The notes beneath the pieces were generated by a model. It searched no databases, had not been told where the DNA came from, and saw only the letters and a program-made list of their open reading frames with translations. Made by a program: the position numbers and the translations under genes. DNA of 62,744 nucleotides, counting the filler, from Rhabdomonas costata (Eukaryota), in NCBI GenBank assembly GCA_019059605.1. It is 34 parts of 34 records of this genome, joined end to end, with 100 filler letters (N's around TTAATTAATTAA, not from the genome) between each part and the next. Parts side by side here need not be neighbours in the genome. Positions count along the whole stretch, not along the records: positions 49,909 to 51,656 come from JAHMHO010009649.1; positions 51,757 to 53,504 come from JAHMHO010009650.1; positions 53,605 to 55,352 come from JAHMHO010009651.1; positions 55,453 to 57,200 come from JAHMHO010009652.1; positions 57,301 to 59,048 come from JAHMHO010009653.1; positions 59,149 to 60,896 come from JAHMHO010009654.1; positions 60,997 to 62,744 come from JAHMHO010009655.1; 27 more parts are not named here. The stretch is one strand, 5' to 3'. Below are positions 51,339 through 62,744 of the stretch, piece by piece. Position 1 is the first letter of the stretch. Every line of letters begins with the position of its first letter.

Positions 51339-52653
51339 CGCTTGCAGGGGCGTGTCCTTTCGCATAAAATATCTGCTTGTCGTAAAAGCTTTACTGCATG
51401 CCAGCCCAGCGACGTGCTCGTTTTTCCTGTCCTCTTGAGTGTTCGCGGGTGCACGGTGCCCCAAGAGCACCATCAGTCCTTGGTGTCACCACGCGCCCAC
51501 CACTGTATTGCCTCTCGTGTGGGCACGCAATTCTGGAAGGGCGCCTCACCCTCTGGCGCAAACATAACACCGCTTTTTCAGTGCTTGTGTGTACCGTATG
51601 TACCGAGTTTTCGCTGGGAGGGGAAGTTGGCAGTGCTGGCAACGATACCAACAAACNNNNNNNNNNNNNNNNNNNNNNNNNNNNNNNNNNNNNNNNNNNN
51701 TTAATTAATTAANNNNNNNNNNNNNNNNNNNNNNNNNNNNNNNNNNNNNNNNNNNNTGTTTGTGGGGCGGGACGGCAGCTTTCACACTCTTTTATCCAGT
51801 GTGACAATGCACGTCACGTCGTTCACCCAGAGAATTGACATGGTTTCCGAAGATTTCACGCAGAAGAAAAGTTCTGAGTTTACGACGTGACGTGCATTGT
51901 CACACTGGATAAAAGAGTATGAAAGCTGCCGTCCCGCACCACGAACGCAAACAAACCAAGCTCCAAATGTCAGACTTCGTAGTTCGTGGCCGCTCGGAGT
52001 ACACCTGCGGACAGAGGGTGAGGCACTTGCACCGAGAGAGAAAGGAAGGCTATTGCCCACCTCGCAAGATCGAAGTGCAGTGACGTGAAGGCGGAAAATA
52101 TACCATTGCAAAATGCTATCACCGAGAGTCAAGAAGTAGAGCAAAGCTACCTTTCCGCATGGTGCAGTCCTCCCGAAACGTTGCGGTTGCTTTCATTCAT
52201 CGGTTCCACTCCACGTCTCAAGTCCGCTTGTCCGTGATCCATGAACAAATTCTGTCCATAACTATGTCTCATCTGCCTATCCTCGCTCACCGCTGTGCAC
52301 GCCCCCCCCCCAAAAAAAACGATGTTTCCGATAATGCTGTGCAAGTTACTTTCAGCAGATTGCCTGTGAGGTTGTGTGGTGATGCTTTTTTAGTCTTCAA
52401 GTAAAAAAGGCAGTCTTGCTCCAGTTCCAGCGAAGTATTTCTCGATACATCACAACCGCCGCACAAGTTTCTCCCCCAAACCTCAACAACCCACCAACGA
52501 GGACCCGACCTGATGCCTCTAAAAAACCCCCAGTACATCCTCAAACCCCCGATCATCACCAAATATCATCGCCCCTGTCACCGAAGAACATATCCCTCAG
52601 ACAACCACACTGGCACGGGAAGGGAGAAGTAGGGGGGGGGTTCTCCCGCTAAC

Positions 52654-53459
52654 CTCGGGGGCCATGAACACGAAGTCCCCCCGCTGGGCAGTGCCCTCGT
52701 TCTTAACGGTGTCCATGCAACCCAGGTCGGCCAGCTTGACCACCAGCGTGCTGAGTTGGGCCTTCTTGACCTGTTTTCATGCAAAAAGCAACCTGAACCC
52801 GCTCCATCAAAAGGATGAGACTTGGAAGCTCTCAGAATCGGAAGACCGACAACACTTATGAATGGAGTATCGATAAAGGAAGGTTGGTTGAGGGTATCAA
52901 GGGCTAGAGTTGGATTGGGATGGGATTGTGGTGGATCAGCTTCGGGTTCAAGTGGGTACAGGGGCACAGGGCTGATGCTAGAGTCGGGTGCGGCCAAGAT
53001 CTGTGAGCTTGTGAACGTTGGAAGCTAGAACGCAGCGGCATATTTATTTCGCAAGAATGGATGGCAGCAAAAGACATGCCAGGTATACTGCGTGCCACAT
53101 GGGTATTCTTCCTGGTTGTTCTGCTTAGGTGTGCAGTGCTCTCATTTCTCAACTCTGCTAAACTTCGGGACCATTTCGTTCCACCTGTAAGCTTCCAATT
53201 ACACTCGTCTGAATGTCAACAACAAACCGTGATATTTTTGTGCTTTACAATCCAAAGTTCACCGTTACGTGAGTTGCTGTCTAGGTCCAGATACATCGGC
53301 CTTCCAGGCAGAAGTTTCGCCAGCAGCCACACCTCTTGCTCCCGACTGGCTGTGCGGTGGCCGCTGCGGCAGAACAGCAAGTTCTCTGGCTTCAGGTCCA
53401 GGTGGACCAGCCCGTGCTGGTGCAGCGGCTCCAGGACGTCCAGAACTTGCCGCACTATT
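52654..53459 (-). CDS. Protein kinase, non-RD type (exons 53459-53333, 52770-52654)
   Basis: LVHLDLKPENLL, VKLADLG and FMAPE motifs. Confidence 0.92.
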
Positions 53460-53724
53460 CTAACAATGACCCCTGTGCGAGAGCATTTCCCCATCCAAAA
53501 ACCCNNNNNNNNNNNNNNNNNNNNNNNNNNNNNNNNNNNNNNNNNNNNTTAATTAATTAANNNNNNNNNNNNNNNNNNNNNNNNNNNNNNNNNNNNNNNN
53601 NNNNGTTGGGTGGTAGCTGCGAAAATGCGAATTCGCATCCGATTTCCGAAATTCAGAAAAAAAAAATCTCAACATTTGATGCAAAATCAAATTCAGGTGT
53701 GTGTATGCGTGCGTGAGGGCTGAC

Positions 53725-55198
53725 TTGCAGCAGGCGGTGCACAAAAGCCATCAGGGCGTCGATATCCTTGACCTCGGTGAGGGTGGTGTGCAGCAGCGAG
53801 AACAGCAGTGCCAGCCCATCCGCGCGGGGCAGGGCCTGGGGCATCGTGAGTAGCATGTCGTAGACGCTGCACAGGAACCGCTCGCGCATTCCCTCCGGCG
53901 CGGAGTACCGCGTCATCTCAAGCAGCAGGCGCAGCGCACACAGCCTTTTTTTTAGATCGGGAAGATTACGGGAGGCGGAGGGGCACCAAGAGCCGGTGCC
54001 CCTGCGATACGCAGCATCCCGCGCACGGCTTCTGCTCAACTTTCACTCTTTTCGGCCCAATGGCCCCGTCACTCGCTACTCGCTGGAGACCGCAATCAAA
54101 ACCAAAGGGCTCTCCTTTCCCCAGGACTCGTTCCCCTTGCTTGCCTCCCGAAAATTCCTATGAACATACAGCCGATTTTGAAAAACACACACACACACAC
54201 AGACACAAAATAAGGCACACCGGTGATGGAAGACCGCACAGCGTGCGACGGTGAACAGGGTGGTGTAGTGGGGGATCATCTCCGTGGTAGCCTTGCAGTT
54301 CATCAGCGCCTGCCGCACTCCACGAAGCATCGCAGCCATGATGCGATTCCCCACCTGAGCACAACATAGAAACCCCGGACACATACCTGCCAACTCTGAC
54401 AATGACAGAACAGCATGCGCTGCAATCGAAAGCCTGTCCTCGCATATCTGCATGTCTGGGCGTGCCGTTGTGCCTAGGCTGCACAAACGTCACTTCTACA
54501 GAGGGTCAACTGGACTGCGCTTTTTACAACACCGATCACCAGGCCCAGAGAGGGAGAAGCAGCCGATAAGAGGAGAGTGAAAAACAGTTGCTAAGTGAGA
54601 AAAAGCAGCCCCAAAAAATCAAGTGCCGTTCTTCTTAATGATTTGAAAAGCAGCATAGCGGTCGGGGAGGGGAAGCGCCCACCTCAGCCTCGGCAATCAC
54701 TTGCTTGAAGATGGCCAAGTACACCGAAAGCATCTGCGTGACCAGCTGGGCCTCCCGCGGAGTCACTTTGATCAGGCCCAGCACCGCGGATGCATAATAC
54801 CTGTATTCGAGGGTGCCCAGTGTCCCCCACTCACTCCAAGTAAAGTTTCCTTGATATACACCACTGACCTATGCATGGGTTGGGTTGGTCACCGGTGGGA
54901 GTCTGTGCGGTATGGCGTACAAGTAGTAATCCATTGACAAGGGACAGCATTACTTTGAAATCCTGTGGCAGGCGGGGGCCACTCATCAACAGCAGGGCGA
55001 ACGTAAAATTGCACACTCAATATCTAAGTCACGTGTGTACCATTGGAAAACACTTTTCATATGTCAAAGCGATACAGACAGACGGACCTGGCCATCACGG
55101 GGTTGTTGGCTCGAAACAGGAACCGCTCGATTTCGATCACGACGGCGACCTTCACCCTGGGGTGCTGGTTCGTCAAGCAGACCAGCAGGTACATCGCC
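53725..55198 (-). CDS. CEBPZ: CEBPZ/Mak21/Noc1 ribosome-biogenesis protein, four internal exons
   Basis: QHPRVKVAVVIEIERFLFRANN..AR|YYA, RIMAAMLRGVRQA, RFLCSVYD and MAFVHRLLQ motifs. Confidence 0.82.
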
Positions 55199-55489
55199 CT
55201 GGACGCGCAAATGTCGGCAGAAAGACGTGGACGACGGTGGAAAACCCAAAGTTTGGGAATCGCATGGGTCCGGGTAGAATAGGTCTTAATCGATCGCAAT
55301 ATATAATTCATCTCTATCACATTATGCACCTCACTATAATACCACCACACCCNNNNNNNNNNNNNNNNNNNNNNNNNNNNNNNNNNNNNNNNNNNNTTAA
55401 TTAATTAANNNNNNNNNNNNNNNNNNNNNNNNNNNNNNNNNNNNNNNNNNNNGTGGGGGTGGGTCTTCCCTGTTGGGTGGTTTGCTCAG

Positions 55490-56740
55490 GTCTACATGGT
55501 TTCCATTTCTTGTATGATGGGGTGGTTTCTTTCTCGGCTTCCGGAGTGGACAACCTGGGCCCTGCTTGCTGCGGTGGCGTGCTATGACGTGGTGGCGGTT
55601 TTGGCTCCCAGGGGACCGCTGAAGCAGCTTGTCGAGGTGTCCGCGGAACGTTTGACTCTCTTCCTCAACTTCTTATTCGATAATTTAACCGCGGGGGTGG
55701 TGAGTGGTGCTTTGGTGGAATTATTATCCTGCGAAGTGGGCGGGTGTGGCGTTTTTGCCTTTTCTGGGTGAGTCTGGCAGAGTCTGGAAGCAGGCGATAC
55801 ATTGCACGAACGACAAGAAGAACCGGTGGCACTGTGAACGTGCGTTGGGAAATGAAGCAGGGCATACGGCAATATATACGTACAGAAAAGAGAAGAAAGG
55901 CTGACTTGCAGCGGGACCATTGCTTCGGGCTGTTCTTGGCTGGAAAGAAGCAGATAGCCCAGCTAACAGCTAACAGGACTATTCCTCAACTTTTTGTGTG
56001 CCTGCACGCGTCTCCCTTCACGTTCTTCACCGCGTCCGTGGGCTTTCCTCTTCGCACGTTGTGGGTGTGGGTGTGAGGGGGAGTGGGTTTTGTCGGGCCG
56101 ATGCTTTTCTTCTTGAGCCATTCTGAATGGCATTTGCTCCTGTGTTGTGTCTGTGTGCTTTTTGCCCTCAATGACGGCATATGATGTGCCTGCTCTCCTT
56201 GCTTGCTCGTGGTGGCCCACCGAACCATTGTGCGGCTCCCCGTTTTGTGCGGGCAAGCCATTTGAATATTTCTCTGAAAAACATAACTAATTGGTTCCAA
56301 GATCGCCAAGAGAGGGGAAGGGAGGGGAAACCGTTGAAACCACCGGGATCATTATTCCTATGCTTTGGGTTGTGTGAAGCTCGGGCTCCGTGTGTTGCCG
56401 TGGCTGACTGCCGGACTGTCCTCAGGAATCCCAGCGGCGCCAGGAGCCCCTCCCGGCACTGGTGTACGACTCGCACGTGTTCAAGCTCGGCCTAGGGGAC
56501 TTTATCTTTTACTCTGTGCTGGTCGGCCGGGCCGCTATGGACAGCACCCTGGCCGCCACCGTCTGCCTGGTCGCCGTGGTGGTGGGCCTGTGTGTTACGC
56601 TGGTGGGGCTGGGGCTGCTCCGCGCTGCCCTCCCCGCGCTGCCTTTCTCGGTGGGCCTCGGGATTATGTTCTATGTCCTGGCTCGGTTTCTGCTCGTACC
56701 GTATGTCGCCCAAGTTGCCGGACTGGGCCTCTGGCTGTAA
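55490..56740 (+). CDS. PSEN: Presenilin, C-terminal half (exons 55490-55636, 56426-56740)
   Basis: LPEWTTW, YD (first catalytic Asp), GPLK.LVE, PALVY, KLGLGDFIFYSVLVG (second catalytic Asp) and LPALP. TAA stop. Confidence 0.97.
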
Positions 56741-57423
56741 CTGTGCTTGGTAGCTCTGAAGGTGCAGGGCCCCACCCGGCTTCAACAGCCCGGGTTCACA
56801 TCTGACTGAGGTTGAGATGCTTGACTCGTGATCAAGCGTGCTCACCCTCAAATATCACTTTGATGTACGTGTAGTTTTCGGTGGCCAGTCTGGCAGTCCT
56901 CACAGTCCAGAATGGCCACAGCTGAGCAGCTCCTATTACCGGGGTGTCGATCGGTGTCTGAGTGGGAATCTTAAGTAATCAACCGCACGTCATGGCGAGC
57001 TGCTGTCGCCTTGGTCAATCCCACCAGAAAGTTACCAGTTTAGTTTTGAATGGGACTCTTTTTCTTTGCAAGACGTCCTTTCTTTCTTTTTTCCCAATAC
57101 GTATCCCTCTGATTTTTTCGTGCCCAATCCTCTTTGCAACGCATGAACGAAACCACGCGTAGAGTCTTTGAGCAGGCACTGGACCGGGAGCTTTTCCCGG
57201 NNNNNNNNNNNNNNNNNNNNNNNNNNNNNNNNNNNNNNNNNNNNTTAATTAATTAANNNNNNNNNNNNNNNNNNNNNNNNNNNNNNNNNNNNNNNNNNNN
57301 TGTGTTAGATGTGTTTGGTGTTGGGTGGGTCCAAATGACCCTTCCCAGCCAATGTAAAGGAAAAACGCTCAAAAAGACCCCCCGAAAAACGACCCAAAAC
57401 AAATGTCCGCATTGCTAGCTCAC

Positions 57424-58487
57424 CAGGGAACGGGAGATGCTCAGAGCGAAGTTCACGGAGCGCTGCGCATCGTCCTCGTGGGAGTGGTAGGGCAGCCCAA
57501 ACACGTACAGTGCGACAAGGCCCTTGTCGTCAAACACAACCTTTGCATGCGATGGCAAAGTAAAAGTTTGGAGCGCGAAACGCGTGTGTGGAAAAGCTGT
57601 CTTTTTTAAATCCAAGACTTGGTCACAATCTAATGGGACATGTCGTACTTCGTCGTTCCACGAGGTGAGGTGAATTGAAGTGCAAGTATGCAGAAGACGT
57701 GAGGGAAAGAAATAACACATCATTTTTCACGGCGATCCGTTTTACGTTAGTTAAGGTGACGTAATGTAAGACAAGGAAAAGAAAGCGACGGGTCACAAAC
57801 ATGGAACGTATCAGAAGCATAAAAATAACGCATCGTGCATCGTCAGCTTATTGCGAACATAACGGTATTCAGCATATCTTGTATATCGTAACATGTGACA
57901 GCGTCAAACATGTGGCTGCGCAAAAAACATAGCCGCAAAGGAAAGCCACTTTCTTAATATGAACGTTTCTTTGCCACCAATTGTCCAGCGTCCAAAGCGG
58001 TAAAAAGTACCAAAACGCCATTGCTGCAAAAAAAAAAACAAGAGACACAAATAAGAAGAAGAGTAAAAAAGAGGGGTGGGCGTCACAACAAGACCAGTAC
58101 TACTCACACGGAGAGAATTATGGTGCAAAAAGGGGAGGCCTACAACCAGCGGAATGAGAGTGAATAACCCGACAGGAGTAGAAAAACAGTCAAGAGAATG
58201 CGGATGATAGTTCAGAGAAGGGAGGTGTTTGGCGTAGGGTGCCGTAGAGAAACGTTCCGAAAACGGTAATGCACATACAAAAACACACCAGGCCCCCACG
58301 GTACTTTGCCCCCAACGTGACGCGCACACACCTTGTCACACACGCCGTCAAGATGTTGGGCCTTCTTCTGGATCGTCCCGATGGCGGTATCGATGGAGCC
58401 CAGCTCGTCATTGTTGAGGGGGTCTCGGATGGAGTTCAGCAGCTTGATGAACACGGTGCTGACCGTACGGAGCTGCCCCACGCATTC
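57424..58487 (-). CDS. Soluble adenylate cyclase (ADCY10-like), second cyclase domain (exons 58487-58332, 57540-57424)
   Basis: GQLRTVSTVFIKL...GVCDK|VVFDDKGLVALYVFGLPYHSHEDDAQRSVNFAL. Confidence 0.88.
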
Positions 58488-59370
58488 CTGTACCCCCACA
58501 CACACAACACTGACGTCGACCGGGGGTGCAAGTGAACTGGCGAATCCCACAATAGCGCACAATAGCGCACGTGGCAGAGCAAGGACAGAAGAAGAGTTAT
58601 GTAGTTTCCCCGTTTTCCCGCAACGCGGGAGCTGCGGGCCAATGCAGATGGAAAACAAGCGCCAGTGACGCGCGAAGTCTTTTTCTGTGGTGGTTGCTCT
58701 TTTGTTTCACTCGCGCGCACGCGAGGCGAGAAAAAGAAGAACGAACAAATAGGGAACCAAAACTGCACATGACAGCGGTGTCATGTTCGGCCGGTTTCCG
58801 GCCCCCGTCCACACACAGAATTAGAAGTAGGTAAATTACACAGTCATGTCACAGTCATGTCGGCTTAGTCTCTGTATCGTAAATGTCTTTCATGAACGTC
58901 CGCCACAAAAACGAAAGCGGAAAGCGGAAAGCTGTGAAAGCTCTCAGCAATTCCGCTAACTGGGTGTGAAGACACAATTAAAGACAAAATGGATGAAATC
59001 GTGCCTCCTTTTGCCTGAGACTCTGAGTAGTATTCAAGACCAACCACANNNNNNNNNNNNNNNNNNNNNNNNNNNNNNNNNNNNNNNNNNNNTTAATTAA
59101 TTAANNNNNNNNNNNNNNNNNNNNNNNNNNNNNNNNNNNNNNNNNNNNTGTTTTGTGGTTCTGGTCGGGGTGTACGTTATCCTCCATAGGGCGTATGCAC
59201 CGGTGTTCTGGGTGGGTCAAGTGCTTCTTTTGGTTACCACTTCTCAACATCGATATAATATCAACATCGATATATTGTCCCGTGGGGATCCATACGATGA
59301 CCAGCGGTGCATCATGAAACCCCTTGGACCTATGACCGACGACCAACCTGCTTTTTGGTGCTACTTACAG

Positions 59371-60499
59371 GTTGACGTCCACGTGCACATGTCTGCTGGG
59401 TTTCCGGCGAAGTGCCTGATGGACTTTTTCGCACAAAAGGTGCCTCGCCAATCCCCTCCACCATTACACAGCCCCTGCCCTGCACTGACAGAAAGAGCGT
59501 GTGTGTGTTTGTGTGCGAGTGAGAGAGAGAGAGAGATCTGTCTGTCATTATCATTAGTCTCGCGACTGCTCGAGACTCCGGTCATTCTTCAGGCAACGTA
59601 TGTCCCCAACCTGGCACCTGCTGACCCCCAAGTTTCACAGGGGAAGACCTGGTTGACCCAGAGCTGCCTTCAGCCTAACACCTAATCGAGACTAGGTGGT
59701 TGACCGTGATACAGATTGGAGCCGATCTCGTTGTCTGACAGTATCCATGCCAGTGTTTACTCTTGGCACCCAACTCGTGTGTGTGTGGTCACTCCTCCTT
59801 GCCAAGTGCACCAAGTGTGTGTGCTCACTCCTGTTCAGGTAGGTATGACGCTCAAACACACTTCACGTCCGTCGTGGGCTCGTGGTTTTTTTTCCCTACA
59901 AGCACGCACAGTTTTCCTTTGCGCACACGCTCACCCGCTCACGGGTACTCTCTGAACGGGTGGCTTGCCGCAGGTCCACAACCACGGTGGGGATATAGTG
60001 CTGAAGTCTGCCGATGGGAACCCGCTAACGTTGTCCGAGTTTATCGCGGAAAACAATCTCCGAGTGGAAGAGTTCGGTGTGCTTTGTGTGCATGAACAGC
60101 TGGAATGGCTGGTCATGTGTGTATGCATTCAAGTGAGTACCTTGATCCGTCACTTGGAGACAGGGCCTGGCTGGATCGCGACAACTTCCCTTTCTATGGG
60201 GACGGAGCTGACTTCATTTTCCGAAAACGAGCGTATTGAAATAGGACGTGGGACGATTTCAGTGCCTGAAAGGAGTCTGTGCCAAATTTCTCACCTGCTC
60301 ACCCAAAACAGTCAAATTTGTGCAGGAATTGTGCGAAGCCAGCTCTTGTTTTGCTCCTCTCCGCCTTCACTCCATTCTTTAATAGATGCTCATGCGGTGG
60401 CGGCGAGTAACTTTGAGCAGCAAGCCGACAGCACCGCCGCGAAGCTCCGCAGCTTGCTGCTGCACGCGGACAATTACATGGGGGGCCGGTACTACGCAG
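59371..60499 (+). CDS. AMP deaminase-like protein (exons 59371-59439, 59974-60076, 60386-60499)
   Basis: VDVHVHMSAG (metal-binding HxH), LTLSEF and LRSLLLHADNYMGGRYYA motifs. Confidence 0.85.
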
Positions 60500-60584
60500 G
60501 TGTGACTGTGGGACTTGTGCTGATGTGGGGGGACTACTGGGGAGCAAGTCCTCTCGGGGTGCGGGCCGGTCACCGTTGTTGCCT

Positions 60585-60860
60585 TTTGCTGATCTGTCTT
60601 ACTGCTTTTTGTTCGTCGAACGTTTTCTCCGAACTGAGATAGGGAGAGGATCTGATAATTCCAGGCAGCAGTGGCGAAGAGAGACCCCTGAGCCATACTC
60701 TCTCTCGAACGGTTGCATGCTTCACTGACGCTTTTCAAAATCCTTCGCTCAGCAGCAGAAGGGTGATCCGCCTTGAGAAGCGGGCATGCTGAGACAGGAC
60801 ATTTTTAAGCCCGCGGCTGGCGGAAAATGCCTCCACCTCAAGCAATGCGCTGTGCACATA
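60585..60860 (+). repeat. Intronic structured repeat, copy C (diverged)
   Basis: TTTGCTGA...CCAGGCAG...GTGGCGA...CAGCAGCAGAAGGGTGATCCG...GAGAAGCGG...CCTCCACC is colinear with copy B. Confidence 0.85.
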
Positions 60861-61797
60861 TGTTTGTTTCGGGAGGATTCGGTGGAACCAAAACCCNNNN
60901 NNNNNNNNNNNNNNNNNNNNNNNNNNNNNNNNNNNNNNNNTTAATTAATTAANNNNNNNNNNNNNNNNNNNNNNNNNNNNNNNNNNNNNNNNNNNNTTGA
61001 TCCTCTCTCCATTTTACGAGGTCAAGGCAAGATCAAGACACGCACAATTACTCAGTGTTGTTTGCATAGTCTCTGTCAATACTCGAAACTCATTCAGCAA
61101 AACGACCATCTGTATTTTCGGTTTGGAACTCCAGACGCTAAAATAGGAACGGATGTTATTGCTTCATTTTTTCTTTAGTTCTCATCGACCTTAACGTACA
61201 AATTCATTTTCGAAACACGGACAATATTTCCAGAACCCAGCTGCTGAAAAAATTTGCGTAAACACCAAAAATGTCAACAATCGGGTGACAAGAGTTTTTT
61301 GTCGAAAATGCTCTCATGCACTTGTGATGAGGATAGCGATTCGGCTAGTTACCCACGTTAGCCTCGACGATTATGTAAACAAGTAAATGTCAGTGGTTAA
61401 TGCACTGGTTCTTGTTGATTGTCATTCGGGGATCTTCGTCAGAGATCAGAATGTGTTAAACCTCGCATCGCGCAGGCGCAAAATAAAAACAAACTACATT
61501 TTCTCTTTACGACCAAGGGTATGTGGGTGGATGGCTCTGAATAACTGAAAGAAGATATTAGAGATATAGGAAATGGAAAAACAGGATAGGGAAAGCACGC
61601 TACGAGGGCGTCTGCTCAGCCGAAGAGTAATGGAAGCTAAGATACATTCGCCCTTTTATGAATAATTACGAGAACTCATCTGTGCTGTTGTGTCTTGTGT
61701 TTGTTGTGAATAATTATGAATTTAGGCGCTTTGACCCATTCTAGTCGCCCGAGGTAGACTTGCATCGAACTTGGATTCATTGGGTGGTTGTGTATAG

Positions 61798-62559
61798 TGA
61801 GACCCCTGAGGAGGCTCAAGCGGAGAGCTACCGCCGGGCCAACCAGTGGCGGGAGCTGGTGAGCAGCTTCCTTGGCCTGACGAAAAATGAGGTTTTGGTT
61901 CTGCAGGACAAGTACCTTGTCGTTCGGACAAAATCGTATCTCCACAATCCTCGGATGCAATGCTCCCCCCACCTTTCTGTATCTTCGCCTCTGTCTGAAC
62001 CACCCGGAGCCGTTGTTTTCCTTCCTTCCTTCCCCTTGTACTGATTTGTCAATACTTCATCGAAGCTGTTTTGCTTTTTCCGTTTGTCTCTTCCTTTCCA
62101 TGGAACATATATGAACGGTTGGAGCGCCTGCGGTTTTTGTTTAATGAAGGCCGCCTGATCAGCACCGCGCACCTAAAACTGGATACACCAGTCCCTGCTA
62201 GGGTGAAGGGTGGAAAGCTCGCGGAAGGAATAGACACTAACGCTTAATGCCTCCTACAATACCACTGTGAACTAAGAACTGTGGCTCGCACTGCACCCAC
62301 TTTGACTTTGGGTTTTCCATGCAGCCTCTCCAGAACGAGGGATCCGGGAAACCCTGGAAAGCCGCGTGAGCCATTGGTGACGTTTCTCACTGACGCCAGG
62401 TTTCGCTCCGTGGTGGACAGCGTAATTTGGACGCCCAAGATGCACCGCGGCAGGCTTTCTATCGGCAGTCGGGACCGTTGTTCGGACGCACCGGGAAGCA
62501 GGACCCTACTTTTCGCAAAGTCAGCTCTTGAGGCCGAGGTGTTGCCGTACTTTAATGAG
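61798..62559 (+). CDS. Hypothetical protein, two exons (about 61798-61935 and 62325-62559)
   Basis: Open frames join across GT-AG: ...VVRTKS|LSRTRDP... Confidence 0.55.
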
Positions 62560-62744
62560 TGACTTGCTCTGTGTTCGAATTGAAGTGAAATGTTGGTGCG
62601 AGTCACATCCAACTCACACCAATCGTTTTTTAATAACTGCGGTTATACACCCCCCTCCGCCACCCGGAATCGGTTGGTTCCCAACTCCTTCTCGTCAACC
62701 ACATCGGTGAGCACTCAAAGAGCGACACCCTATCCCAACCAACC

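Noticed and set aside
51336-56740. Possible alternative genetic code
   Set aside because: TAG and TAA end the papain-like and presenilin genes at expected positions, and conserved Trp and Gln residues use standard codons.
1755-60996. Regularly spaced TTAATTAATTAA palindromes
   Set aside because: These are assembly linkers inside N runs. Gene adjacency across them means nothing, so no operon or cluster inference is valid.
1-62744. G/T-only contig starts and A/C-only contig ends that look telomere-like
   Set aside because: They are non-periodic and occur on most contigs, including mid-gene. Degenerate amplification primer remnants explain them better than telomeres or nanochromosomes.

Overview
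This window is not contiguous. It is 34 unrelated contigs of about 1.75 kb, joined by 33 artificial 100-bp linkers (N44-TTAATTAATTAA-N44). Most contigs start G/T-only and end A/C-only, which suggests whole-genome-amplification primer remnants. The DNA is nuclear DNA of an intron-rich, flagellated eukaryote, probably a euglenozoan (inferred from remembered clathrin, prohibitin and cNMP-protein signatures). It appears to use the standard genetic code, with GT-AG introns whose donors favour GTRYG. Recognisable spliced gene fragments are clathrin heavy chain, prohibitin, an eIF4G-type MIF4G domain, a PPP phosphatase, DNAI1, kinesin-3, SBP2, a cNMP-binding protein, SAPS/PP6R, CEBPZ/Mak21, presenilin, AMP deaminase, two class III cyclases, a kinase and a permuted papain-like enzyme. 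Mobile DNA includes a Penelope-like RT, a Merlin transposase and decayed remnants. The best candidates for something new are: (1) an unassigned ~300-nt multi-hairpin element found three times, each in the same orientation near the 5' end of an intron of an unrelated gene, with stem-preserving changes; (2) a membrane protein with at least three tandem bacterial-type Cache/PDC modules; (3) a Naiad/Chlamys-like Penelope RT with a long C-terminal tail. All identifications come from motif recognition by eye; no searches were run.
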